The notes under the pieces were generated by a model. It searched no databases and had not been told where the DNA came from. It worked only from the letters and a program-made list of their open reading frames with translations. The position numbers and the translations under genes are program-made. From the IMG/VR virus record IMGVR_UViG_3300017991_000002, positions 124,001 through 188,000 of that record: a stretch of 64,000 nucleotides of DNA. The stretch is one strand, 5' to 3'. Positions 1 through 8,050 of this stretch are shown here, in pieces (position 1 is the stretch's first letter; each line of letters opens with the position of its first letter).

Positions 1-8
1 CACAGGAG

Positions 9-251
9 GTGGAGATATTTGCTCACGTTTTCCTTAATGATCGGCCTCTTCTTGGAAGAATAAAAAATGCCATAAAATATATCTTCGGGTATAAGTGCCG
101 GTATGGTCATTGGGACGAATTTATCACAAATGATCCCGAGGAGGTAAAAAGATTACGGGATATGTGCAATAAGTTTCTTGAGCTAAGTGATGAAACACTT
201 CCCAAGGAACTGAACAAAAATAGAAAAATAAGACTTGGAGGAGAAGAATGA
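9..251 (+). CDS. Hypothetical phage protein (may start upstream of the window)
   Basis: 80-aa ORF. The GTG start directly abuts AGGAG at the window edge; the stop overlaps the next start (ATGA). Confidence 0.6.
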   Translation: MEIFAHVFLNDRPLLGRIKNAIKYIFGYKCRYGHWDEFITNDPEEVKRLRDMCNKFLELSDETLPKELNKNRKIRLGGEE

Positions 252-709
252 GGAAGAAGACAATAACAACCAAATACCACAAGATTACCAGAGAGTGGTG
301 GTTTGATGTAGTTCCCCTCACGAAAGTGGGAGGGTTTATGGACTATTGTTTGGAGGCTATTTCTGATATCTACCCCCTCCCTGATGAGAAGATTGTTGTC
401 GAAATAGGGTTTAAAGAAGGGAATTATGTCGAGAATGGAGGCTACATGATAAAAATAGCCAATAATTTTGGAGAGAAGCTATCCTCATACTCATGCTTTG
501 CAGCAGCAGTGAGAATGGGCGATGCGTTCGAAGATGTATTTCCTCACGATTTTATTGACAGCCTTATTCATAAGATACAGAAAGATATGAGATCTGAAGG
601 GATCAGGGGATGGCTGAGGGAGTTCTTCTGGTTCAGTTCACATTGGTTTCGGTCGGCTCCTTTGAATAGGGGATCAAAGAAGAGGTTGAAAAGGAAGTCA
701 AAGTTATGA
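248..709 (+). CDS. Hypothetical protein
   Basis: 153-aa ORF with GGAGGAG SD, translationally coupled at both ends (ATGA overlaps). Confidence 0.7.
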   Translation: MRKKTITTKYHKITREWWFDVVPLTKVGGFMDYCLEAISDIYPLPDEKIVVEIGFKEGNYVENGGYMIKIANNFGEKLSSYSCFAAAVRMGDAFEDVFPHDFIDSLIHKIQKDMRSEGIRGWLREFFWFSSHWFRSAPLNRGSKKRLKRKSKL

Positions 710-1110
710 GGTTCCTAAAGGCGGTATTGAAGAGACTGACTCTGACGATTCCTGTAAGAAGATTATTTTTGAGGTCGATAAGAAGGGATCATCGGGTTAA
801 GATGTTTGTCGTATCCAGAAGAGACATCCCTCAACACTATCGAACAGTTTGCTACCTTCATGCGGTGTCCCTAATGACCTCCCGCCTGAAGTACACAAAA
901 CGATGTGCTCGATGGGATCCTGATGTCAATATTATCGTTCCTTTGCTTACTGATGATCATCACAGCCTTCGGGAACTGCAGCATTACTTGAAAGGTACCC
1001 TTGGCTGGTCAGTTGCCTCCTGGGAAACTCCGTATGGCGTCGGCGCCTTCGCCTTTATCGCTGGAGATGAAGAGGCTATAACAATAATCGATAATCTTAC
1101 AATTGCCTGA
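706..1110 (+). CDS. Putative PTH2-like (peptidyl-tRNA hydrolase II fold) protein, diverged
   Basis: The pattern KMFVVSRRDI..Y..V..LHAV ... W ... NIIV.L..D...L..L...L ... WE.PYG..AFA ... IDNLTI resembles phage PTH2-like proteins. Recognised by eye only. Confidence 0.4.
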   Translation: MRFLKAVLKRLTLTIPVRRLFLRSIRRDHRVKMFVVSRRDIPQHYRTVCYLHAVSLMTSRLKYTKRCARWDPDVNIIVPLLTDDHHSLRELQHYLKGTLGWSVASWETPYGVGAFAFIAGDEEAITIIDNLTIA

Positions 1111-1134
1111 ATGAGGGTATGAGAGGTTTATTTA

Positions 1135-1422
1135 ATGACCCAACCTATGTGGATAAAGGAAGCTGCTGCCTTAGCTATCAGCAGAGTACGATTTGAAGGG
1201 GCATACTTTAATGAAGGAACTGAAGAGGTGAGAAGAATTACAAAAGGCTTTGTCGAATCTTGGATTGTTCCTATTTTGAGGTCGATAAGAGATAGAGATA
1301 GTGAGACGGCCAGGTGTTATTTAGAGGGGGAGGAGAAGTACATCAATCATGGTATGGAAGACGGGAAGAATCAAAAGTCGTATTATGAAAGTCCCCGTAT
1401 TATATCATCCACCCCTTTGTAG
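1135..1422 (+). CDS. Hypothetical protein
   Basis: 95-aa ORF with GAGG SD, followed by a terminator. Confidence 0.65.
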   Translation: MTQPMWIKEAAALAISRVRFEGAYFNEGTEEVRRITKGFVESWIVPILRSIRDRDSETARCYLEGEEKYINHGMEDGKNQKSYYESPRIISSTPL

Positions 1423-1437
1423 TATAACAAAAAACGG

Positions 1438-1491
1438 AGCCCTTGGAAGGCCAGTAGTTTCAACCCTATCCGCCTTCTGGGGGCTTTTTTT
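1438..1491 (+). terminator. Intrinsic terminator between convergent genes, possibly bidirectional
   Basis: 14-bp stem AGCCCTTGGAAGGC/GCCTTCTGGGGGCT (three G-U pairs), 20-nt loop, T7 tract; an A-run lies upstream. Confidence 0.75.
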
Positions 1492-2914
1492 ATGCCTTCT
1501 GGGTAAGCTTGGAGAATATCGGATACCAGTTATGCTGCTCAACAAGACCATACTTGAGGTGCCATAGCATACACTGAACGTTTCTCAGGTTTATGTATCC
1601 CTTCATCTTCGTCCAACGACTTGGAATAACCAGGGTTGGCAAACACCTGAACAGGATTCCTTGTCTGTCTTCAACCAACTGATGATGGAAGTGGCCCGTG
1701 TGCCATTCGTGAAACTGAGTTTGGGCCCAAGCCTCCTTCATTTCGTTTGTCATGAGGCTATACAGGCGTTCCTTCTTTTCCTGGTCCCCGTGGCAGAAAC
1801 CGATGAGATTATTACCAAAATGATAATACTTCCTCATCATGGGTCTGTTTTCCACGGTAACATTATCATCGCTTCTGTACCAACAATGAAGCGCATCCCC
1901 GAGGTGGAACATTCTGTCCGGTGCGTGGTTGTCGAGAACTACAATGACCTTTACGGGGCCCAATTGACGGCACATGTCTATTATCTTAACCCACATCTCC
2001 CGACATTTTCGAAAGATCTTTGGCTCTCTTCCTTCCTCGTCTTGCGGTGTACCCCTAGCCGTTGTTTTATCCTGTGTATTGACATTGAATAAATCGTTCC
2101 CTGTCGGCAGTATGATCTCGTGGAGATCAAGATGACTGATCCTGGCAAGCTGGTGTTCCACTGACTTAATAGCCAACTTCTCTGCTATTTTTATGTCATA
2201 GTTTTCGCCGGTCTCTTCCCACCAGGACAGAAGTCCATAATGAATATCGACGAGTGGAACCTCGTAGACATATTCGCCGTCATCTCCTAAGATAAGATTG
2301 AAGTCTTCATATACCTTTGGAGAGTGTTTCTGCATGTCATCAACTTGATCGCTGATTATCTTAGACAGCTTTACCTCTTCAACCTTATACCTGAACTTTG
2401 CTTTAATGTGGGTAACAACTTTGGTTATCAATTCAGGCTTTCTGACGCTAAACCCTGTCATCTTACCATCTTCCCAAGAGAGATCCTGATCGCGGTAGTT
2501 TGTGTATATCGTCTGACGGGATATTGTCTTGTCGACAAGTTCCCACTTATCCATATCTATCTTGTACTTCTCAACAAGCTCGTCTACACTATGGATTTCA
2601 GTTGATTCACTCTCAAGATGGATCTCCTTCTCTCCTTTCGTATTAATGGTTTCCCTGATCGTGGAGTCGTCCTTGTCTAGACATGTCTTTGGATCCTTTT
2701 TCATCTCTCTTCTGAGAGTACTTTGACCATTATCCAAGACAGGCTTAACGTATCGATAGAGAACCCCATGAATGGATCCTGGGGTACAGTTAATATTGAA
2801 CTCTTTGTTCAATTCCCTTGCTATAACCTTGGATTTTCTAATCCCCTTGGCATATAGCTCCCTGACCTTATCGACATATTCTGGATGCTCTTTCCAATAT
2901 GACGATGCCATCAA
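1490..2914 (-). CDS. Calcineurin-like metallophosphoesterase with N-terminal HTH-like domain
   Basis: Metal-ligand motifs DIHYG, GNDLFN, DNH, HGD and HTGHFHH in canonical order; helical N-terminus (VRELYAKG...VIARELN). Confidence 0.75.
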   Translation of the reverse strand: MMASSYWKEHPEYVDKVRELYAKGIRKSKVIARELNKEFNINCTPGSIHGVLYRYVKPVLDNGQSTLRREMKKDPKTCLDKDDSTIRETINTKGEKEIHLESESTEIHSVDELVEKYKIDMDKWELVDKTISRQTIYTNYRDQDLSWEDGKMTGFSVRKPELITKVVTHIKAKFRYKVEEVKLSKIISDQVDDMQKHSPKVYEDFNLILGDDGEYVYEVPLVDIHYGLLSWWEETGENYDIKIAEKLAIKSVEHQLARISHLDLHEIILPTGNDLFNVNTQDKTTARGTPQDEEGREPKIFRKCREMWVKIIDMCRQLGPVKVIVVLDNHAPDRMFHLGDALHCWYRSDDNVTVENRPMMRKYYHFGNNLIGFCHGDQEKKERLYSLMTNEMKEAWAQTQFHEWHTGHFHHQLVEDRQGILFRCLPTLVIPSRWTKMKGYINLRNVQCMLWHLKYGLVEQHNWYPIFSKLTQKA

Positions 2915-2930
2915 AACCTCCTTGATAGGG

Positions 2931-3164
2931 TTAATACAGGTCTACTTCATACTCATTAAGGATGGCAATAAACCAATCCCTGATCCTTCCTACCAACTCC
3001 TCAGGGGTCAGATTTATCATATCCTTGGGTAGACCATGCTTGTCCCAAGACTTAAGCTGGGACTCTGTAGCCTGTAAAGCAGAAAGATATGTTCCAGCAT
3101 TCATGGCTATTTTAAGCTCTTCAGCCTCTTCCGGTAAGTTAAACGTCACACTCCACTCTGGCAT
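2931..3164 (-). CDS. Hypothetical protein
   Basis: 77-aa ORF with AAGGAAGGAG SD and an upstream sigma70-type promoter. Confidence 0.7.
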   Translation of the reverse strand: MPEWSVTFNLPEEAEELKIAMNAGTYLSALQATESQLKSWDKHGLPKDMINLTPEELVGRIRDWFIAILNEYEVDLY

Positions 3165-3186
3165 TGGATTCTCCTTCCTTTATAGG

Positions 3187-3215
3187 AAGATAGCATATCC
3201 GATCGAATTTGTCAA
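3187..3215 (-). promoter_or_regulatory. Sigma70-type promoter, leftward
   Basis: TTGACA (3215-3210), 17-nt spacer, TATCTT (3192-3187); the SD and ATG of 2931..3164 follow. Confidence 0.7.
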
Positions 3216-3222
3216 ATATTTG

Positions 3223-3251
3223 TTGACAAAATCATCCATTGGTTCTATATT
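3223..3251 (+). promoter_or_regulatory. Sigma70-type promoter, rightward
   Basis: TTGACA (3223-3228), 17-nt spacer, TATATT (3246-3251). Confidence 0.75.
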
Positions 3252-3428
3252 TTTAGTATGGAAGAGAGACACGAGGTTATACCGGAGGTGAAAACACCAA
3301 TAATAGAAGGCGAAATTTTGGTATGTGTCAAAAACGCAAAATAATACGAAAAAATTTTTCTTTTTTCTGTTCAGAAACGTATAAGTATAGTAGAGACCTT
3401 TAACCTCAGTCCACGAAAGGAGACATCC

Positions 3429-3704
3429 ATGGACAAAAAAGATTTGATTGAGGGCATTGTTTTTGAAAACGAGAACGTGTCCAAAGCACAGGCTGGTCGT
3501 ATTGTGGATGCCATCACAGACATGATGGTAGAGGCTATTTCCGATGGAGAAGAGGTGAAGCTCGGAACATTCTGCAGGCTCTCTCCTTATATAAGGTCGG
3601 CCAGAACGGCAAGAAATCCACAGACCGGTGAAACTATCCAGTGCCCGGCAAAAAGATCCGTCAGGTTTAAGCCTTTGAAGCAATTGAAGGAAGCACTGGC
3701 ATAG
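3429..3704 (+). CDS. hup: HU/IHF-family histone-like DNA-binding protein
   Basis: 91 aa: MDKKDLI...SKAQAGRIVD...GEEVKLGTF...RSARTARNPQTGETIQCPAKRSVRFKP..LKEAL. AAAGGAG SD. Confidence 0.95.
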   Translation: MDKKDLIEGIVFENENVSKAQAGRIVDAITDMMVEAISDGEEVKLGTFCRLSPYIRSARTARNPQTGETIQCPAKRSVRFKPLKQLKEALA

Positions 3705-3707
3705 GAG

Positions 3708-3736
3708 AAGGGGCGGGAGACCGCCCCTTTATTTTT
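3708..3736 (+). terminator. Intrinsic terminator after HU
   Basis: AAGGGGCGG-GAGA-CCGCCCCTT followed by TATTTTT. Confidence 0.85.
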
Positions 3737-3762
3737 AATACCTTGACGTATTTGGAGGTCTC

Positions 3763-3999
3763 ATGGCAACCATTAAGTCAGAATACAGAAGAAAGACCAG
3801 TTCATTAAGAATATTGAGAGCCCTTAGAAGACAGGGGGCATCAAAGGTATCCCTCCTGAAAAACTATCTAAACATAGACTCATCACTGTCAAGGATACTT
3901 AAGACACTACTCAAGAGGGGCTATGTGGAGAAGGTTGAGCGAGGGGTATATCGAATCACAGAAGATGGAATAAAAAAGCTTGAAGAAGAAAACTTTTAG
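3763..3999 (+). CDS. Winged-helix DNA-binding protein
   Basis: 78 aa: SLSRILKTLLKRGYVEKVERGVYRITEDG is a wHTH recognition helix plus wing. GGAGG SD. Confidence 0.75.
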   Translation: MATIKSEYRRKTSSLRILRALRRQGASKVSLLKNYLNIDSSLSRILKTLLKRGYVEKVERGVYRITEDGIKKLEEENF

Positions 4000-4102
4000 G
4001 ACCCGGTATCTAGTCGTGGGAGAGTCCTATGTTGACACCAAAAACAAGAAAACTTTCATTATGCGATATCTGTTGTGGTAGCAGATTACCGGGTCCTTTT
4101 TT
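3999..4102 (+). ncRNA. Candidate structured RNA or attenuator
   Basis: 10-bp perfect inverted repeat GGACCCGGTA/TACCGGGTCC encloses two G-U-containing hairpins and an A-rich linker, then T6. Confidence 0.45.
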
Positions 4103-4116
4103 CCGAGGAGAGATAG

Positions 4117-4779
4117 GTGATGGATAAAAACGAACTCGCGGATAAACATGAGGAGGTCGATCAACTCCGGGCTTATAGGGTAGAAGAAGATTTACCTGTG
4201 GATGATTATAGAGTCCAGTTACGTGTAAAAAATAACTATTTCCTGACGGCCATGGATCGGGCTGGTATAGCATCGATTGCCGAGCTTTCCAGAATGACGG
4301 GAATTGATCAAGGCGCTATCGGAAAGTTTGTAAATCTCAAGATGTCGCCGTATAAGTCAAGAACGGGCGAGCTTCGTACAAATATCCGTAAACTATGCGA
4401 CGTAATGGGGGCCTCTGTTGAAGACCTGTTTCCTCCGCAGCACTTGTATTCTCCACTACCAAGAAACACGGCGACTATGACCTTGCCTCTGCACAGTATT
4501 AAGAGTCTTATCCACTACAGTGACCAAGAGGTCCTACAGTTGATCAGTCGTAAAGAGGAGATAGATGCCGTACGGCAGGCCTTACAGACGGAGATAGACC
4601 CTCGTCAGGCGACGGTGGTCATGATGTATCACGGAATAGGGGAGTATGAAGGTAGGAATTATACCTATGACCAAATCGCACAACATCTTAATATCTCAGG
4701 AAGCCGTGTCGGGCAGATACTGGACAAAGCATACCGTAAACTTAGACAGTGCCCACTGTTCACAGAATACAGGAGATAA
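4117..4779 (+). CDS. XRE-type HTH plus sigma-70 region 4 domain protein
   Basis: N-terminal SIAELSRMTGIDQGAIGKFVNL; C-terminal DPRQATVVMMYHGI...TYDQIAQHLNISGSRVGQILDKAYRKLR. Confidence 0.8.
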   Translation: MMDKNELADKHEEVDQLRAYRVEEDLPVDDYRVQLRVKNNYFLTAMDRAGIASIAELSRMTGIDQGAIGKFVNLKMSPYKSRTGELRTNIRKLCDVMGASVEDLFPPQHLYSPLPRNTATMTLPLHSIKSLIHYSDQEVLQLISRKEEIDAVRQALQTEIDPRQATVVMMYHGIGEYEGRNYTYDQIAQHLNISGSRVGQILDKAYRKLRQCPLFTEYRR

Positions 4780-4837
4780 CGATATTCCGGACTATGCACG
4801 GAACGACATCAAACATTTATCGAGAAGGAGGTTTAAC

Positions 4838-5116
4838 GTGTTCTTGAAAATAAGCAATAGACTAATCAATACCGAGGGTATATCGGATATATATTTGGAA
4901 GTAGCCCCGGGTATAATGGAGATGATACTGATCGAAGGGGGCAGAATTATGCTCATCAGTAATGATGTTGATAAGGATTCCCTAAAGCTTGATGACTATG
5001 ACGGGGAGGTTTTGTTCCTCAGTCCCGGGGAGTATGAGGGAGTCTCCAACCATTTTAACAGCATAGCTTTGAACCTCTCACCGCACAAGGATGAGGACAA
5101 AAAGGATGGCGAGTAG
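4838..5116 (+). CDS. Hypothetical protein (start revised to GTG 4838)
   Basis: AAGGAGG SD upstream of GTG TTC TTG AAA, in frame with track ORF 4646..5116. Confidence 0.65.
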   Translation: MFLKISNRLINTEGISDIYLEVAPGIMEMILIEGGRIMLISNDVDKDSLKLDDYDGEVLFLSPGEYEGVSNHFNSIALNLSPHKDEDKKDGE

Positions 5117-5372
5117 ACGAGAAACTCGTATAACTGGTGATCAGGATGTTGTAGTCGTCTTTAACTGTAAAGACTTTTTCATTAATGACAAATGCATAGA
5201 AGATATAATCCTGGATACTATCAGGAAAAGATTAAAGACGATAGACCTAGAGAGCAATCGTGCCGTGTCCAGTAAACTGATTACATCCATTATCGAGAGC
5301 TTGGAGACCGATTCTGGGAAAAATAAGTCTACAATAAGAAGATTACGTGTAAAGGGAAAATCATGCTCGTAA
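5091..5372 (+). CDS. Hypothetical protein
   Basis: 93-aa ORF coupled to its neighbours; start uncertain. Confidence 0.6.
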   Translation: MRTKRMASRRETRITGDQDVVVVFNCKDFFINDKCIEDIILDTIRKRLKTIDLESNRAVSSKLITSIIESLETDSGKNKSTIRRLRVKGKSCS

Positions 5373-5767
5373 AGAAGATAGAGGTACCTATCTATAAACA
5401 CTTTTTGGTCTTTATAACCGACTGTGACTATTCAGGCTTGAGGACTTACCTGTCTGAGGAATATGAGATCGATTGGCTGCCTGAAAATGGAAGCTGTGGG
5501 CGCTCGTTCAAATTAGAGGCCACAACAGGGGCAATGATGTACTTTATTTGGATGAGAAAGTATGATAACCTTGTAGAGGATCATGTCACATTGTCCCATG
5601 AAATATCACATCATGTTTTCTGGATGTTCAACGATCTTGGAATGACCAGAACCAAAGATTCCGATGAAGCCTATGCCTACTATGATGGGTGGGTTACAGA
5701 GGAGATACTAAAAGCCCTGAATGAGTATAGGTTAAATAAAGGATCCGGGGAAGAGGGGAAAGAATGA
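5363..5767 (+). CDS. HExxH-motif protein (possible zinc metallopeptidase fold)
   Basis: TLSHEISHHVF followed by SDEAYAYY. Confidence 0.55.
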   Translation: MLVKKIEVPIYKHFLVFITDCDYSGLRTYLSEEYEIDWLPENGSCGRSFKLEATTGAMMYFIWMRKYDNLVEDHVTLSHEISHHVFWMFNDLGMTRTKDSDEAYAYYDGWVTEEILKALNEYRLNKGSGEEGKE

Positions 5768-5931
5768 ACAGAGATAAGAAGATAATAGTGGCTCTTGCTG
5801 CTTCCACAATAACACTACCCATAATCTATCGGTATCACCAAGAAATCGGGGTATCAATACTCGGGGTGGCGGCAAGAGTGGCCCATAAAATGGAAGAACG
5901 TTTAAGAAGGTATGCAGGAGGCATAACATAG
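5764..5931 (+). CDS. Small hypothetical protein (55 aa, below the ORF-track cutoff)
   Basis: The ATG overlaps the previous stop (ATGA); GAGGGG SD; fills the gap to the next gene. Confidence 0.5.
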   Translation: MNRDKKIIVALAASTITLPIIYRYHQEIGVSILGVAARVAHKMEERLRRYAGGIT

Positions 5932-5961
5932 AAACCAGTCCAACCATAGAAGGAGATTTTT

Positions 5962-6384
5962 ATGGAGTATGAAGAGTTTAAAGCAAAAATGGATGAGCTC
6001 CTGGTAGACTATAAAGAGTTTATTTTATGGCTCAAGGATAACATCCACAGTCTAAAAGATCTCATCTCTCACTTTGCAGAGGTTATACCGAAGGTCGTTC
6101 TCATCTGGGCAGCCACCAAGGCAGTGGCCGAACAGATGCATGATCTGCCTTCCTCTATCCAGAGACATTACTTTGCCCTGTACCTGGATGATCTGTTCGA
6201 ATTCCAGAACGTTATTCTGGAAGGTATCGATCGATACGTCTTTGAGGTTATCTTTTACTTCTGTGAGTACTTCGGTGACTACCTGTTCCCGGGCAAGAAA
6301 TCGGTCGAGTTTAAGGATATGGCACAGAAAATTTTGTCAACCCCGACGAAAAAGAAGGTCAAGTTCAAAGTCGTCGCCAAATAG
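5962..6384 (+). CDS. Hypothetical helical protein
   Basis: 140-aa ORF with AAGGAG SD and a terminator downstream. Confidence 0.75.
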   Translation: MEYEEFKAKMDELLVDYKEFILWLKDNIHSLKDLISHFAEVIPKVVLIWAATKAVAEQMHDLPSSIQRHYFALYLDDLFEFQNVILEGIDRYVFEVIFYFCEYFGDYLFPGKKSVEFKDMAQKILSTPTKKKVKFKVVAK

Positions 6385-6394
6385 AACCCCATCC

Positions 6395-6433
6395 GGTAGC
6401 GGCCGTAAGCCTCCTGCTGCCGCTACCTTTTTT
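6395..6433 (+). terminator. Intrinsic terminator with 15-nt loop
   Basis: GGTAGCGGC/GCCGCTACC 9-bp stem followed by T6. Confidence 0.8.
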
Positions 6434-6444
6434 AGGAGACTGGA

Positions 6445-6606
6445 ATGGCCAAAATAACAAAATGCGTAAGGACCATAGATTATACGTATCAGGAGCTGGA
6501 AGAGGAACTCACCAAGTTATTTGCTGAGGGGTGGAAGATAGAAACATCGACCGCCGCCACTATTATTCTCACAAGAGATAAAACTCCTCAGGAATTGTTG
6601 GACTAA
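6445..6606 (+). CDS. Small hypothetical protein (53 aa)
   Basis: AGGAG SD; MAKITKCVRTIDYTYQELEEELTKLFAEGWKIET...; the stop overlaps the next ATG. Confidence 0.6.
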   Translation: MAKITKCVRTIDYTYQELEEELTKLFAEGWKIETSTAATIILTRDKTPQELLD

Positions 6607-7019
6607 TGATAATAGATAAGGTAATAGATATGCAGCTCAGTATGCTTCTTCAGGATATGGACATATGTGCCAGGAAGTATGAGGTCGAGGAGTACGAAAA
6701 ACTTGCATTAATGAGACACGTTATCTTACGGGAGATGCAGTACGGAGAAGAGATGTTTACCTGGATATTTGCTCTGGAGAACGGCCTCCTCTCCAAGAAA
6801 ATCCAGGAAGACTGGGCAGACAGTATAGAAGCAGAGCTTGATAAACATGGCTTAACTGCCGTATATCATGATTGGGATGAGGAGAAGGACAGCAAGGCTG
6901 TTGATAGGATAAACGAACTTCTAAAAGAAGGATGGAGCATAAAATCGCACAGGTATTGGACCACGTTATTAACCAAAAAACCTGTAAGCATAAAAAACAT
7001 AGAAACATCGGTTCAGTAA
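6606..7019 (+). CDS. Hypothetical protein
   Basis: 137-aa ORF coupled to the upstream small ORF. Confidence 0.7.
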   Translation: MIIDKVIDMQLSMLLQDMDICARKYEVEEYEKLALMRHVILREMQYGEEMFTWIFALENGLLSKKIQEDWADSIEAELDKHGLTAVYHDWDEEKDSKAVDRINELLKEGWSIKSHRYWTTLLTKKPVSIKNIETSVQ

Positions 7020-7087
7020 ACAAATGTCCCGCACGGACACTTTCTACGGTAGACATTATATGACGCTATCAGAAAGGAGATTTTACG

Positions 7088-7840
7088 ATGTATATAAATG
7101 GCTTCTCCGTAAGGATACCACAGGGTTTCGAGCAAAATGGCTACATTCTCATGAAGCATGAGACTGTCTACACAATCCGACTCAGAAATACTCGAGAGGA
7201 ATTGTGTGATGCTTATGTTGAAATAGACGGCCAATATGTTGGAACCTGGCAAATAGAACCAAAAAGCTCCCTGGAACTAGAACACCCGGCCAATGACGAC
7301 GGTCGATTTACGTTCTATACAGTGAGCTCGAAGGCAGGAAAGCAAGCCAACCTTCCCACAAGAGATCCCAATCTTGGGCTCATCAGGGTAACATTTACCC
7401 CAGAATTAGCATCGTTCCAGGGTTTATCCGAGGGTGTAAAGTTTCCCACATCCGATGCTGTGAGAACTTACTGGTATGGAAGAGATCCTACTCCGGGTCG
7501 GATTATTGATCCCGCTATTACTTGAACATATTCTGGCAGCAGTGCAGTTATGTATTGCAGTTCCGGGGGACCCCAGTCATGTAACCTCTCCCCGGAATCC
7601 CAAGCAGGGGGAACAGGATTGTCCGGTAAAAGTGAGCAGGAGTATGATGCTCAAGATCCTGTATCGAATCCAGATACCGAGCAGCAGACAGTTATACAGG
7701 TAAGACTCGTTGAGAAGGAAATGTCCAAAGGTCCGAGGCAACTTATCGCCTCAAATTCTACCCCTTATCCTCCCCCATTGCCTGTTGGCAGAGGAGGGAG
7801 AACAGTAACCACCAGAAAATTGAATCTGGACAGTGATTAA
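7088..7840 (+). pseudogene. Single hypothetical gene interrupted by an in-frame TGA (7523-7525): nonsense allele or readthrough
   Basis: ORFs 7088..7525 and 7550..7840 share a frame and only one TGA separates them. The first ATG has an AAAGGAG SD; ATG 7550 has none. Confidence 0.6.
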
Positions 7841-7882
7841 ACCTCGGTCCGTGCGGGGCCCTTTTTACAGAGGAGAAAATAT

Positions 7883-8050
7883 ATGGAACATATCTCACGA
7901 GCAATTTGTGGCTCCGTAGCATTTGCTGCCGCAGCCGCTCTCATTATTATTAAGGGGAGTATTGCGTGGCCTATTGTCTTTATTTTCGTTGGCTTAGCTG
8001 TTATGTCTTCATCTTTGGGAGGAGAGGAAGAGGAGAAGAAGGATGGTTAA
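7883..8050 (+). CDS. Small membrane protein (55 aa, two hydrophobic segments)
   Basis: AGAGGAG SD; AICGSVAFAAAAALIII-K-GSIAWPIVFIFVGLAVM followed by an acidic tail. Confidence 0.65.
   Translation: MEHISRAICGSVAFAAAAALIIIKGSIAWPIVFIFVGLAVMSSSLGGEEEEKKDG

Noticed and set aside
4032-4061. TTGACA promoter inside the structured 3999-4102 element
   Set aside because: The -10 at a 17-18 nt spacer is poor (TTCATT or TCATTA).
3402-7853. Similar words AACCTCAGTCCACG (3402) and AACCTCGGTCCGTG (7840) upstream of genes
   Set aside because: Only two imperfect copies, and the second is part of a probable hairpin.
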